DNA of 39,771 nt. It comes from an uncultured Cytophagia bacterium (lineage in GTDB: Bacteria; Zhuqueibacterota; Zhuqueibacteria; Oleimicrobiales; Geothermoviventaceae). The notes below the pieces were generated by a model. It searched no databases. It saw nothing but the letters and a program-made list of their open reading frames with translations, and was not told the DNA's origin. The DNA lies in the NCBI GenBank assembly GCA_964464205.1, contig CAYXFI010000002.1, positions 6,115 through 45,885 of the forward strand, written 5' to 3'. Numbering within the stretch: the first letter of the stretch is position 1; every line of letters begins with the position of its first letter. Both the position numbers and the translations under genes were made by a program. This document shows positions 25,446 to 34,864 of the stretch, piece by piece.

Positions 25446-28400
25446 TCATTCAACTCCAAGGTCCTGCAGCAGGTCCGCCAGACGCCGCCGGATACGCTGG
25501 ATCGTCCGCCAGCGATGATCCTCCAGCTCTCGCTGAAAAGCCGGTCCCCTGGCCGTGGGAAGCGTACCATAGGGATCCAAGCCGCAGAACTCCGCCACCT
25601 TCCCCACTTCCTCACTGAGGAACCGGCGTGCCTCTTTCACGACGGTAGCCAAGCCGGGCTTGCGGGCGGCGTCCTCCAGAGCCCGCTGCAGCTTCCACAG
25701 CATGCTGAAGTCCTCCACGCCATCGCGCACCGCTTCCCAGCGCTTGCTGGTCACTACCCCTCGCCCCTGGTAGATCAGCAGATAGTCGGCCCCGCCCTCG
25801 GGTACGTACCACGGGTCGTAACGCGAAGTGCAGTAGGACCAGAAGCCGATTCCCTTCAGGCCGCGGTACCACACCAGCCACGCCTGCGCGCGGTAATAGC
25901 CGAGGGGCGACTGATGTTTGGCGTTCCCGTCGCATTCGTAGGTCCAGACCGTCTTGCCCGTGGATTTGAGAAACGCCAGTTTCTCCTGTCCCTGGTGGAG
26001 CAGGTACCCACCGCGGTTGGGGCACCAAATGTCCACGTAAGGCGCCATCCGTTTCAGGTCGTGCAGTGAGGCCCGTCCCACAGGATCGGCGTAGATCAGG
26101 GCCTTGGGGTCCACCTCCCGGATCGGTTCGGCGTAGCCGATGAACCGGTCGACCAGGCCCTCGCGCAGGCCCGGCTCGTCAATCGGGTAGAACGCGAAAT
26201 CTTCGTAGTCCAAACCGAGTCCCTTGAGATGCTCAATCCATGCGCTGATCCATGCCTTGTAGGCTTTCCGCCAGGTCGGCGAAAACGGTTCAGCGGGTCC
26301 TTTCAGCCTGGATTGGTAAGCGAAGAACAGAATGATTCCGTGCGGCGAATGCTTCCGAACGTACCGGTCGTGGGCGGAGAAGTCCGGGCCGGAAACCAGC
26401 CGTCCTTCCCGGTCGAACTCCGCCGGCGGGGCGAAAGCGGCGGTGGCCACAAAGACGTTGGTCCCGTGCTCCACCTGGTCCCGGAGGGCTTCCTCCGGCT
26501 GGTCCTTCAAGACCGAACGGTGCACGTAGCCCCACTGGCAAAGGCGGATCGGTTGCTCCTCCGGAAGCTTGGTCCCCCACACGCGAATGCGCAGCGTGAT
26601 CCAGGCCTCGGGCGGCTCCACTTCCAGGGCACGGAGCCGAATGCGACAGGTCCACACGCCCGGCTTCAGCGGCGAAGTGTCCACGCGCACCCACAGTTGA
26701 CGCACGTCCCAGCCCGGAACCAGCAGTGCGTTGGCTTGATTGAGCTCCGGAAGGGCGTCCGCGGATTTGTCCAGGGACTGCGTTGGCACCGGCAGAACCT
26801 CGAAGAATCGCAATACCTGGCGAGCCGGGACTTCGTTCGAATCCGCCTCGCAAACCACGGCTTCCGGCTCCACTCTCACCCACGTGGGCCGGTCGCCGAA
26901 CCAGGCCAGGTTCACCGCGGCCGCTTCCTTTTCTCCGGAAAACGCCTCCACCAGGAGCTCAGCCGGAGCGGTCCTCCCCTCCACCAGTTCTTCGGCACCA
27001 CCGAAGGGTGCCCACGGATTGGCGCCGTAGGCCACGAGGGGTCGCGAAGCCCGCGCAGCCTCCTTCACGAGCACGTGCCAGCGCCTGGCCTCGCGGTAGA
27101 GATGGGCGAAGTCATCCCGGAGGGCGCTCCGCTCCAGGGGACTGAGGGATCCCGCAACTCTGGCACGTTTCGCGAGCACCTCCAGCTCCCGGGCGAAGGC
27201 GTCCAGTTTTTCCGGCACTAGGCGGCTCCAGGACACCTTCGGCAGCAATTCGCGCGTCCTGGCTACCAATCCCGCGATGTCTTCCTCTTCTTTCGCGAAC
27301 GGGAGGAGGTAGAAAGTGCGTTCCCGTTTGGACAGCAACTTGCCCCGCGAACTCAGCTCCGCTCTCAGGGTGAGATTCTGAGCCGAGCGGCCGCTCACGT
27401 TGTAGATGAGCTCGTGTTCGAAACTCGTGTCAGCCGCTGTCACGCTCGACGTCACCGGAGCCTCGCCCGCAAACTGGGCAACGAGACGGAGCGTGAGTTT
27501 CTGCCGCGCCGGGTTCGCCACCCGGACACGGAATCGGTTGCTCCCCACGTGCAACAACCCGAAGTCCACTTCTGCCAATCTCGCCCTGCGAATGGACGGC
27601 AGCCTGAGCAGCGAGCCCGTGCGCTGAGAATTCACGCGGTACTCAGACCATTCCCGCTGCACAGAAGTCCCTGCCTCCACACCGGGCCATTCGAAACAGA
27701 CCACTTCGGCCGTGGTGGCGCACACGACGGCGAGTCGTCCATCTCCACGGAAGTCCACGATCGTCGGCGAGGCGTTCGTCGGCCCCTTCAACGCCACCCC
27801 CTCCTCGAGCTCGCCATCCGGGGCGAACGCGTAGAGCACCGCACTGTACCCGGCCACCAGAACCTCAAGCTGGCCATCGCCATCCACATCCGCCACCGTG
27901 GGCGAACGGCGCACCCGTTCCTCCACGTCGGCATACCAGCGCGGGGAGCCGTCGGCTCCGAGACAGGCGAGCTTGCCCAGCAGGTCTACCACCAGCACCT
28001 CGGGCTTGCCGTCACCGTCAAGGTCGGCAATGGCCACGGCGTCGTGGATCGGCTTATGCATGGAACGGTGCCACATTCGCCGTCCGGAGGCGCTGTAACA
28101 GGACAAACCCCGGTCCTCGCCGACGAGGATCTCGCCGGTCCCGTCCCCGTTCAAGTCGCAGATCAGCGGACTGGAACCGACCGGTTTGCCCTGGCCGATC
28201 CTTCGTTCCACTTCCCCCTGCGGACTCACCCACAGGATCGGCGTCCGTTCGCCACCCACCAGGATTTCCGGCCTCCCGTCACCGTCCACGTCTCCAATGG
28301 CCGGCGCCGTCTTGACATCTTCACCCAAATCGAGGAGCCACCTGGGCTTGCCGTTCTCTTCGAGACAAACCATTCGACCCCTCCGGTCAACCAGCACCAG

Positions 28401-28889
28401 GTGGGAACCTTCCTCCTCGCCCAGAGGCGCCGCCGCAATCGCCGTGGTTCCCCACACAATGCCGTTCGGCAGCGCGTAGCGCCACAGTCTTCGGCCCGTC
28501 CGGCCATCAAGACAAACGGCCGTGCCCGGGTTCGTGAGCACCACCACACGCGGGATGTCGTCGGCGGAACGGAACACCGTGGGAGGCACACTCAGGGTAG
28601 CTCCCGCGGCGAACCTCCACTTCTCGCGCCCATTGGCGTCGAGCGCCACCACGTGCCCAGCCGTCGTGCACAACACCAGGTCGAGGACCCCGTCTCCGTC
28701 CAGATCGGCCACGCCGGGAGACGCATCCACGTAGCCAGCCGACGGGCGGTAGCTCCACCTCACTTTCGCACCGGCCCGCCCATCCTGCCCCCACAGAACC
28801 ACGGTGATCATCGTGACGGCAAGTAGCCCGGCCCACCGCATTCGCCCGGGGAGCCGCTTCTTCCCGGACCAGAATCGTGTTTCCCGCAT
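25446..28889 (-). CDS. Exported FG-GAP/VCBS-repeat beta-propeller fused to a DUF4091 / GH123-like glycoside-hydrolase-type C-terminal region
   Basis: The track ORF is trimmed to ATG 28889, preceded by AAGGAGG-AGAGA. Signal/anchor: MRWAGLLAVTMITVVLW. At least six repeats of the D-x-D/N-G-D-G type: VADLDGDGVLDLVL, IGDVDGDGRPEILV, ICDLNGDGTGEILV, IADLDGDGKPEVLV, VADVDGDGQLEVLV, IVDFRGDGRLAVV. C-terminal VWTYECDG...AWLVWYRGLKGIGFWSY...YQGRGVVTSKRWEAVRDGVEDFSMLWKL resembles the DUF4091 signature. Confidence 0.82.
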   Translation of the reverse strand: MRETRFWSGKKRLPGRMRWAGLLAVTMITVVLWGQDGRAGAKVRWSYRPSAGYVDASPGVADLDGDGVLDLVLCTTAGHVVALDANGREKWRFAAGATLSVPPTVFRSADDIPRVVVLTNPGTAVCLDGRTGRRLWRYALPNGIVWGTTAIAAAPLGEEEGSHLVLVDRRGRMVCLEENGKPRWLLDLGEDVKTAPAIGDVDGDGRPEILVGGERTPILWVSPQGEVERRIGQGKPVGSSPLICDLNGDGTGEILVGEDRGLSCYSASGRRMWHRSMHKPIHDAVAIADLDGDGKPEVLVVDLLGKLACLGADGSPRWYADVEERVRRSPTVADVDGDGQLEVLVAGYSAVLYAFAPDGELEEGVALKGPTNASPTIVDFRGDGRLAVVCATTAEVVCFEWPGVEAGTSVQREWSEYRVNSQRTGSLLRLPSIRRARLAEVDFGLLHVGSNRFRVRVANPARQKLTLRLVAQFAGEAPVTSSVTAADTSFEHELIYNVSGRSAQNLTLRAELSSRGKLLSKRERTFYLLPFAKEEEDIAGLVARTRELLPKVSWSRLVPEKLDAFARELEVLAKRARVAGSLSPLERSALRDDFAHLYREARRWHVLVKEAARASRPLVAYGANPWAPFGGAEELVEGRTAPAELLVEAFSGEKEAAAVNLAWFGDRPTWVRVEPEAVVCEADSNEVPARQVLRFFEVLPVPTQSLDKSADALPELNQANALLVPGWDVRQLWVRVDTSPLKPGVWTCRIRLRALEVEPPEAWITLRIRVWGTKLPEEQPIRLCQWGYVHRSVLKDQPEEALRDQVEHGTNVFVATAAFAPPAEFDREGRLVSGPDFSAHDRYVRKHSPHGIILFFAYQSRLKGPAEPFSPTWRKAYKAWISAWIEHLKGLGLDYEDFAFYPIDEPGLREGLVDRFIGYAEPIREVDPKALIYADPVGRASLHDLKRMAPYVDIWCPNRGGYLLHQGQEKLAFLKSTGKTVWTYECDGNAKHQSPLGYYRAQAWLVWYRGLKGIGFWSYCTSRYDPWYVPEGGADYLLIYQGRGVVTSKRWEAVRDGVEDFSMLWKLQRALEDAARKPGLATVVKEARRFLSEEVGKVAEFCGLDPYGTLPTARGPAFQRELEDHRWRTIQRIRRRLADLLQDLGVE

Positions 28890-28941
28890 TCTCTCCTCCT
28901 TCCGAACCGTGTACTTCCCGCCTTCGTTGGCACTGGATCCT

Positions 28942-31578
28942 TCAAGCGCCTGAACCTGGGGACACGCGAAAACTGCGAGCCTCACCGGGCCGCAGCGTCA
29001 CCGAGGAACTGAGCCGCAGCCGACCGTAGCCACGGATCTCGAGTTCCCTCAGTCGCAGTTCGCCGTGGTGTAGCCGCAGCTCTACCGTGGTGACCTCCGC
29101 GCCCGGCTCGATGGTGACGTTACCCCACGCGTAGCCATTCGACCAGAACCAGGTTTTCCTTTCGCGCACCGGCGCGAACGTCATTCGCTGCTCCACGCCG
29201 GAGTAGTGAAAGCCGGTGTACGCGAGCAGCGTGGCCCACGCCGCCATGGCCCTGGCGTAGTGGTGACCGCACTCCGGTTCGTCGAAGGGATTGCGGCGCT
29301 TCCCGTCGAACCGGGCGCGTACGTTCCGAATGCAACGCAGGGCTTCCTCAGTCATTCCCTCGTAGAGCATCTCCGCCGCGGCCTCGTACTCCAGACCCGT
29401 CCACACCTCGCTGAAATACGGGAACGGCCGCGCCGGCCTGCCTTTCGGATACGAAGCAATGATCAGTCCCGCCTCGTCGCAGGCGGCGTAGGTGCGCATG
29501 TTGTTGAAATGGTCGAAAAGGGATTCGCGGTAGTTGTACTTGAGCACGCTCCTGAGCGCGGACCGCGCGTGCTCTCGCCGTACCAGATAGCCCAAGTCGC
29601 AAACGTGAGCCATGTACTGACCCACCAACTGGTCCACCAGGCAACCAGAGCCAATCTGGTACTCGGGCCGGGACAAATCCTTCGCGCCCATTGATCCTCT
29701 CAGCATTCCAATCGTGGTGGAGTCCACCTTGGGCACCACCACCTTCTGCTCGTAGTACTCCCCGTTGAACAGGTTCTCGTCGATCCAGCGGCTCCCTTTG
29801 TCAAACAATTCCCGGCACGTGTTCGCGAAATCGTCTTCGCCGAGGTAGCGGGCCATTTCCTCCGCGGCCCGCAGGGCGCCCAGGTACCACAGACCGACCT
29901 GGGGATTCGGGCCGAAGTACTCCACGTCCATCGTGTTGTGCTGGATGCCTTCCATCACTCCATCCCTGTCCGCATCCCAGCCGCCAGGGATCCAGCAGAA
30001 CTCCAGTGCTTTCCGCACGTTCGGCCAGAGGCGGCGCAGGAAATCGTCGTCGCCCGACAACTGCCACTCCCTGTACACTTTCATGATGCTGCCCATCTGA
30101 CCGTCGGCGGCCGCAAAGCGCCGGACGGAGGCGTTTCGCTCCAGGGGCAATTCCACGCGGAAGTTCATCATTCCGTCCGGGAAGGTAGCGTAGCGGAACT
30201 CGACCTCCCGCATGGTCTTCGCCAGCTCCCCGAACACGAAAGCGGTGGATTGCTCGTAGTTCCACACGTGGGTGCAGGATCCGTGGCAGCAGCCCCCGTC
30301 GTCGTGCGTGCCTTCCCAGCCCAGCATGTGGCCGCTCGGGATGCGGAAGCAGGTGTTCGAGCGCAGTGTGTTCAGATTGAAAAGAGCCGCCTCTTTGATC
30401 TCCGCAGGCAGGTCGCTTTCGACGAAGGCGTTCACGAAATCGACCGTCTTGGCCTCCAGCTCGCCCAACCGCGGTACGACCTTCTCCAGCACATCCCAGG
30501 CGTCCGCAAACCGGGTCGTGTAGTAGTTGCCGACGGTCTCCCGCCCGAACCAGTCCTTGCGATTGGGGAAATGCCACGAGATGACGAACCGCACCGAGCG
30601 AGTCCCTCGGGGCGGCAGTTCGAAACGCAGCGCGAGCGAAGCCAGGGGACTGTCCGAATTGGGCTCGTAGTCGCGATCCAGTTGACCGTCCTCCGAGAAA
30701 TCATCCCACAGGTTCAGGAGTGTCCCACCCCACGGTTCCAGCGGGGTGGCGGTGCGGTAGCTCAGCTCCCCTTCGCTCGTGGTGACAAAAGCGATTGTAC
30801 CCCACTGCGGGGCATCCTTGGGTACTCCCTCGGAGAACATGAAAATCCCGCGGAAACCCGGGCCCGTGCGGTACTCGTTTCTGTTCTTCTTCGCACCCGT
30901 GAAGACGAGCTTGTTAGTCCACGTGCGCCGGCGCTCGTGGCCATCCATCCCAATGAAATTCTCAAAACTGCCGCAGATGGACACCACGAGAGGCTCGTCC
31001 GTCCGGTTGGTCACGTGGTAGGTCAGCACGAAAATGGGCAGGCCGCTGGCATCGGCGTCGCCGGGGATCAACGGATTGAACACCTCGCCCCGGACTTCCA
31101 CGGGCATGTGCTCGTCCCATAGATTCACACGGCCGAACGGGTAGGATGCGTCGAACGTGGCGTGTCGGAAACGCGGCAGGCCGTGGTTGGGCACCGGGGT
31201 ACCCATCATGCTCGCGTACTCATCGTCGGCAAGGGGACCAAGCAGCGCCTTGGTGCGCGACTTGCCGTTGGTCATGCCGACGTAGATGGCGAAGAACGGC
31301 GCCACGTGGTCCAGATCGTAAACGCCGGGCCCGGCGTGGAACCCTTTGGCCGCCCGGTTCACGATTTCCCAATCTCGCAGCTCTCCCCGCCCTCCGAAGG
31401 AAATCGTCCCCGTGCCGATACCTCCGACCGGCAGAGCGATTCGCACGATGTGCTCCTCGTCGTAGTGCCTCAGCACGCGCCAGCGCGAACCTGCCTGCGC
31501 GGCCACAGCCAGAAGCACGGCGATCAAAGCCGCCGCCAACGTGTGACTCGAGTGGCCCAGTACCATCGCCCTCCTCAT
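28942..31578 (-). CDS. Secreted GH116-family glycosidase (GBA2-type beta-glucosidase N-terminal domain + DUF608 catalytic domain)
   Basis: The track ORF is trimmed to ATG 31578 (MRRAMVLGHSSHTLAAALIAVLLAVAAQAGS, signal-peptide-like). The ATG at 31566 follows AGGAGG-GCG and is an alternative. Motifs: ALPVGGIGTGTISFGGRGELRDWEI, GWEGTHDDGGCCHGSCTHVWNYEQ, CLVDQLVGQY, FSEVWTGLEYEAAA. Confidence 0.9.
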   Translation of the reverse strand: MRRAMVLGHSSHTLAAALIAVLLAVAAQAGSRWRVLRHYDEEHIVRIALPVGGIGTGTISFGGRGELRDWEIVNRAAKGFHAGPGVYDLDHVAPFFAIYVGMTNGKSRTKALLGPLADDEYASMMGTPVPNHGLPRFRHATFDASYPFGRVNLWDEHMPVEVRGEVFNPLIPGDADASGLPIFVLTYHVTNRTDEPLVVSICGSFENFIGMDGHERRRTWTNKLVFTGAKKNRNEYRTGPGFRGIFMFSEGVPKDAPQWGTIAFVTTSEGELSYRTATPLEPWGGTLLNLWDDFSEDGQLDRDYEPNSDSPLASLALRFELPPRGTRSVRFVISWHFPNRKDWFGRETVGNYYTTRFADAWDVLEKVVPRLGELEAKTVDFVNAFVESDLPAEIKEAALFNLNTLRSNTCFRIPSGHMLGWEGTHDDGGCCHGSCTHVWNYEQSTAFVFGELAKTMREVEFRYATFPDGMMNFRVELPLERNASVRRFAAADGQMGSIMKVYREWQLSGDDDFLRRLWPNVRKALEFCWIPGGWDADRDGVMEGIQHNTMDVEYFGPNPQVGLWYLGALRAAEEMARYLGEDDFANTCRELFDKGSRWIDENLFNGEYYEQKVVVPKVDSTTIGMLRGSMGAKDLSRPEYQIGSGCLVDQLVGQYMAHVCDLGYLVRREHARSALRSVLKYNYRESLFDHFNNMRTYAACDEAGLIIASYPKGRPARPFPYFSEVWTGLEYEAAAEMLYEGMTEEALRCIRNVRARFDGKRRNPFDEPECGHHYARAMAAWATLLAYTGFHYSGVEQRMTFAPVRERKTWFWSNGYAWGNVTIEPGAEVTTVELRLHHGELRLRELEIRGYGRLRLSSSVTLRPGEARSFRVSPGSGA

Positions 31579-32161
31579 TGCTTCCGTCAGCCCTCTACCT
31601 ACGGGTTCGTCTTCCCGTCCCACTGGGCGCAGGGACTCCGACGTGCCTCGCAACGGTGCACTAGCGACACGACAAGTCCGGGATCTGGGAAAGCGGCCAG
31701 GCGGAGTTGGAGGGTGTCGCTCAAGGCCCCAAGCGTCCCAGAGGAGCGAAACCATGCGGGGAAGTCCTCACACGGCTGGCGCGCCTCCAGGCCCTTTTTC
31801 CCTCGATCCCCACTTGGTACGAGGTGGAGCTGGGCAACGAAAACAGAATGCTGTACTCGCTCCCTCGGCACAAGGTCCACCGCGCATCCTGGTCGCAGCG
31901 ATTGCCGCCTTCGCTCAGTTACTGCCGATAAATACCTCAGCAATCGTGTCGAGCTGACCGAGGGTGTTGACGACCTCAGGATCGATGATCTCTCCAACTC
32001 CTTTCCGGGGTTAGGTTTCCAGTTTCCCCTGCCATTAGATTGACCTCTTCGACCAGAGGTTCTCAGGTCCCTGACTCAAAGCGATCTCAAGCCTTCACTC
32101 GAAAGTCTCGGACTGTCGGGTCGTCAAGTAGCCCGCGAGGGTACACTGGAAGCATCGCCGA

Positions 32162-33142
32162 CTACCGAAGCATTCCGCTTACGATCACATCCACGGCCTC
32201 GTCTTCGGTGAGTCCCCGCGCCATCAGGGTCTCCACCTGCTTGTTGTCCACGCTGCCAATGGCCGCTTCGTGAGTGAGCTTGGCGGTGTCGTCGCGAACA
32301 AGAAGGCGAGGCACTGCGCTCACCTGCGCCTCGCGTCCGCGGATGACCTCCACGCAGTCCACGTGGCCCCGGCTGTAGGCTGCGTCGCCGACGATCTCGC
32401 CGATCACCTCGCTGCGGGCCCGGTCCGTGACAGCGATTCGGCTCTTCGCCAGTCCTTTGGCTCGCGCCCCCAACAGATGCAGTGACTCGCTCACCACGAT
32501 GTCGTCGTAGCCTTTGCCGTACACCTTGGCGTAGACTTCGCACACCGCCTTTTCGCCGACTTTCGCCTCGAAATCGATTTTCAGCCGGCCAACCGCTCCC
32601 TTCACGAGCTTGAATTCGTTCTCAAAGACAGCCCCCTCCTCAAGGGTCGCGCGGGTCGTGGGCAGGACCTCGATGCCTCCTTCGTCGCCGTGGAAATGCG
32701 TTTCGGAGTAGGTCATCTTGGCGCCACGCCGCAACCGAATGGTGGAGTCCATCACGTGCTTGATCCGGAGGGCATTCGGGAAAGAGCAGTGTGCAATGAA
32801 TTTGACCTCCGCCTCCTCACCGATGTCAAAATCGGAAATGATCTCCTGCAATCCCTCCTCGGGCACGAGGCCAAAACAGAGGTGCACCGGATTCCGGATC
32901 TGCATTCCAGGCTCGACCTGCACCTTCACGCGCACCCCGTTCTCGGTCTCGACGGTTTCTACCCGGAGTCCCCGCACCTCGTTTTTCCCTAACACGTGGT
33001 TGCCGTGAATCGCCAGGCTGGCGTACTTGTCGCTCTTCAGGACTTCTGGCGTGCCTCCGCTCTTCTCGTAGGCCTCCACAAGGAGTTCGAACTCTTTGCT
33101 GTAGTCGATGCCTTTCAACAGATTCGAAACCGCCTCAGACAT
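32162..33142 (-). CDS. sufB: SufB/SufD-family Fe-S cluster assembly scaffold protein, short (326 aa) form
   Basis: 326-aa ORF whose ATG 33142 overlaps the sufC stop by 8 nt. C-terminal AKGLAKSRIAVTDRARSEVIGEIVGDAAYSRGHVDCVEVIRGREAQVSAVPRLLVRDDTAKLTHEAAIGSVDNKQVETLMARGLTEDEAVDVIVSGML is the SufBD beta-helix/C-terminal signature. Stop is TAG. Assignment to B rather than D is uncertain. Confidence 0.88.
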   Translation of the reverse strand: MSEAVSNLLKGIDYSKEFELLVEAYEKSGGTPEVLKSDKYASLAIHGNHVLGKNEVRGLRVETVETENGVRVKVQVEPGMQIRNPVHLCFGLVPEEGLQEIISDFDIGEEAEVKFIAHCSFPNALRIKHVMDSTIRLRRGAKMTYSETHFHGDEGGIEVLPTTRATLEEGAVFENEFKLVKGAVGRLKIDFEAKVGEKAVCEVYAKVYGKGYDDIVVSESLHLLGARAKGLAKSRIAVTDRARSEVIGEIVGDAAYSRGHVDCVEVIRGREAQVSAVPRLLVRDDTAKLTHEAAIGSVDNKQVETLMARGLTEDEAVDVIVSGMLR

Positions 33143-33875
33143 TCCGGGCCACCTCTACCTCGGGTTCGTTGACGTGTTCACACTCGCGGCAGTGGAGACG
33201 GTAGAAGCGCGCCACCTCCTCAGGGCTGCCCGTCCTGAGCACGGTGCCGGCGCACATGGTGGAGCTGCGGTCGGCCATGGCCGCCACTTCCTCGTGATGC
33301 GTGATCAGCAGCACCGAGGCGCCAAGCTTGGCAAACAGCCGGATGGAGTCCGTGATGAAGTTGATGCCCAGCGCGTCGATGCCGGAGTCGGGCTCATCCA
33401 GGATGACCAGCTTGGGCATCATGGCCAGAACCGAGGCCAGCTCGATCCGTTTGCGCTCGCCGCCGCTGAGCGACCCGTCCAGGGCACGATCAAGGTAGCG
33501 CGCCGGTTCGAGTCCAACGCGCAACAGGGCTTCCTCCGGTGGCGGTCCCTTCTTCGAAGCCCGCCTCGAAAGCAACAGGTACTGACGCACGGTAAGTCCC
33601 TCGAACCGGGCCGGTTCCTGCCAAGCCAGCGTGATGCCGCGCCGAGCCCGCTCCCACACTGGCAGGCGCGTGATGTCTTCTCCCTCAAACAAAATCCGGC
33701 CCGAGCGGACCTCGTAACTCTCCAGTCCCATGATCGTGTAGGCGAGGGAGGACTTGCCGGTACCGTTGACTCCCAGGATGCTGTGAATCTCTCCTCTGTA
33801 CATCCGCAGGTCCACGTTCTTCAGGATGTGGTACCCGTTCACAAACACGTTCAGCTTTTCGATTTGAAGACGCAT
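33135..33875 (-). CDS. sufC: SufC Fe-S assembly ATPase
   Basis: The track ORF starts at TTG 33899. ATG 33875 gives MRLQIEKLNVFVNGYHILKNVDL, typical of SufC. Walker A GVNGTGKSSL, signature LSGGERKR, Walker B LVILDEPDSGID, H-loop LITHH. Confidence 0.9.
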   Translation of the reverse strand: MRLQIEKLNVFVNGYHILKNVDLRMYRGEIHSILGVNGTGKSSLAYTIMGLESYEVRSGRILFEGEDITRLPVWERARRGITLAWQEPARFEGLTVRQYLLLSRRASKKGPPPEEALLRVGLEPARYLDRALDGSLSGGERKRIELASVLAMMPKLVILDEPDSGIDALGINFITDSIRLFAKLGASVLLITHHEEVAAMADRSSTMCAGTVLRTGSPEEVARFYRLHCRECEHVNEPEVEVARNV

Positions 33876-34291
33876 CGTACTGTCGCTCAGGTTTTGCAAG
33901 TCACTCTGTCCGTAGTTTTAGCCACGTTCGTTCTTCTCGGGGAGGTGGACAACGCAGCGTGGCTTCTCCGCCCCTCAGACCAAGTGCCGGGCCTTCCGTA
34001 CTACGTCAAATCCGCCTGCACAAGACCCCGAGACGCAGGGCGGTTCCTCCTACCCGGAACGAGACTCCGGACTAACCGGATGGCGCACCCGTTGCTCCGA
34101 GCTCGGCGGGGGGAGAGCCAGAAACAATCTGCCGTAGCAGAGACCCGGGCGACGCGGCCTTAGCCTGAGGGGACGTTACCACTTCCGTATAGCAGAGTTC
34201 ACCGGCACAAATCTACAACGATGCGCCGAGACTTCCAAACGCGCGAACCTCTGCGCAGGAAAATTCAGGGGTTGCCGCCGCGGACAAAGCG

Positions 34292-34864
34292 TCACCCACC
34301 GCCCGTGGCTGGACTCCCGCCACACTTGTGAATCAGTTCGTACACTTCCAGCACTCGTCGGGCCATTTTGCGCGCGTCCTCGAACGCCAACGCGTCATTC
34401 TCGATGTCGCCCTCCTGGTAGCCGTAGCCGATGCCCCCGCGCCCGCCCAGGATCATGTTGTGCCGCAAAATGAAGGCGTGCAGCGTGTTGATGCTGCTTT
34501 CCACGTAGCGCCTGCCGGCCACAACGTAGCCGCTGATCTTGTTTTTCAACTTCCCACGCAGCGGCCAGGTTCGTTCCATGAAAGCCTTGAGCGGCGCCGA
34601 CACGTCGCCAAACTGGCTCGAGGTCGCGAACAGGACGATTTCCGCCCAGTCTAGATCGCCGTAGAGCTGTTGCATGTCGTCCTCAATCGGACAGTAGCCG
34701 AGCGTCTGGCAGTCTCGGGTGGCGCAACAGGGGGCAATGTTCTTCTCGGCTACGTAGGCGCGCCGAATTTCCGTCCCTTCCGGGAACTCGCCTAAGGCGG
34801 CTTCCAGCATGCGAGCCGAGTTGCCGTTCTTTCTCGGGCTTCCGAAAATCGCCAGAACACGCAT
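34292..34864 (-). CDS. NADPH-dependent FMN reductase-fold flavoprotein with a compact Cys cluster (iron-sulfur flavoprotein, Isf-like)
   Basis: The track ORF is trimmed to ATG 34864, preceded by GGAGG-CGAAAC. N-terminal MRVLAIFGSPRKNGNS is the FMN_red phosphate-binding loop. Cys motif: CCATRDCQTLGYC. Confidence 0.82.
   Translation of the reverse strand: MRVLAIFGSPRKNGNSARMLEAALGEFPEGTEIRRAYVAEKNIAPCCATRDCQTLGYCPIEDDMQQLYGDLDWAEIVLFATSSQFGDVSAPLKAFMERTWPLRGKLKNKISGYVVAGRRYVESSINTLHAFILRHNMILGGRGGIGYGYQEGDIENDALAFEDARKMARRVLEVYELIHKCGGSPATGGG

Noticed and set aside
31579-31755. 59-codon extension of the GH116 ORF; likewise 28890..28985 for the FG-GAP gene and 23457..23603 for the second ABC gene
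   Set aside because: The extensions are R/P/S-rich and lack an RBS. The internal starts give signal-peptide-like or family-typical N-termini, two of them with strong RBSs. The ABC case is the least certain and is listed as a finding.
31915-32010. Protein-like 31-codon minus-strand fragment ...GEIIDPEVVNTLGQLDTIAEVFIGSN
   Set aside because: There is no ATG, GTG or TTG between the upstream TAA and the stop, so it cannot be called a gene. It is mentioned only as a possible remnant.
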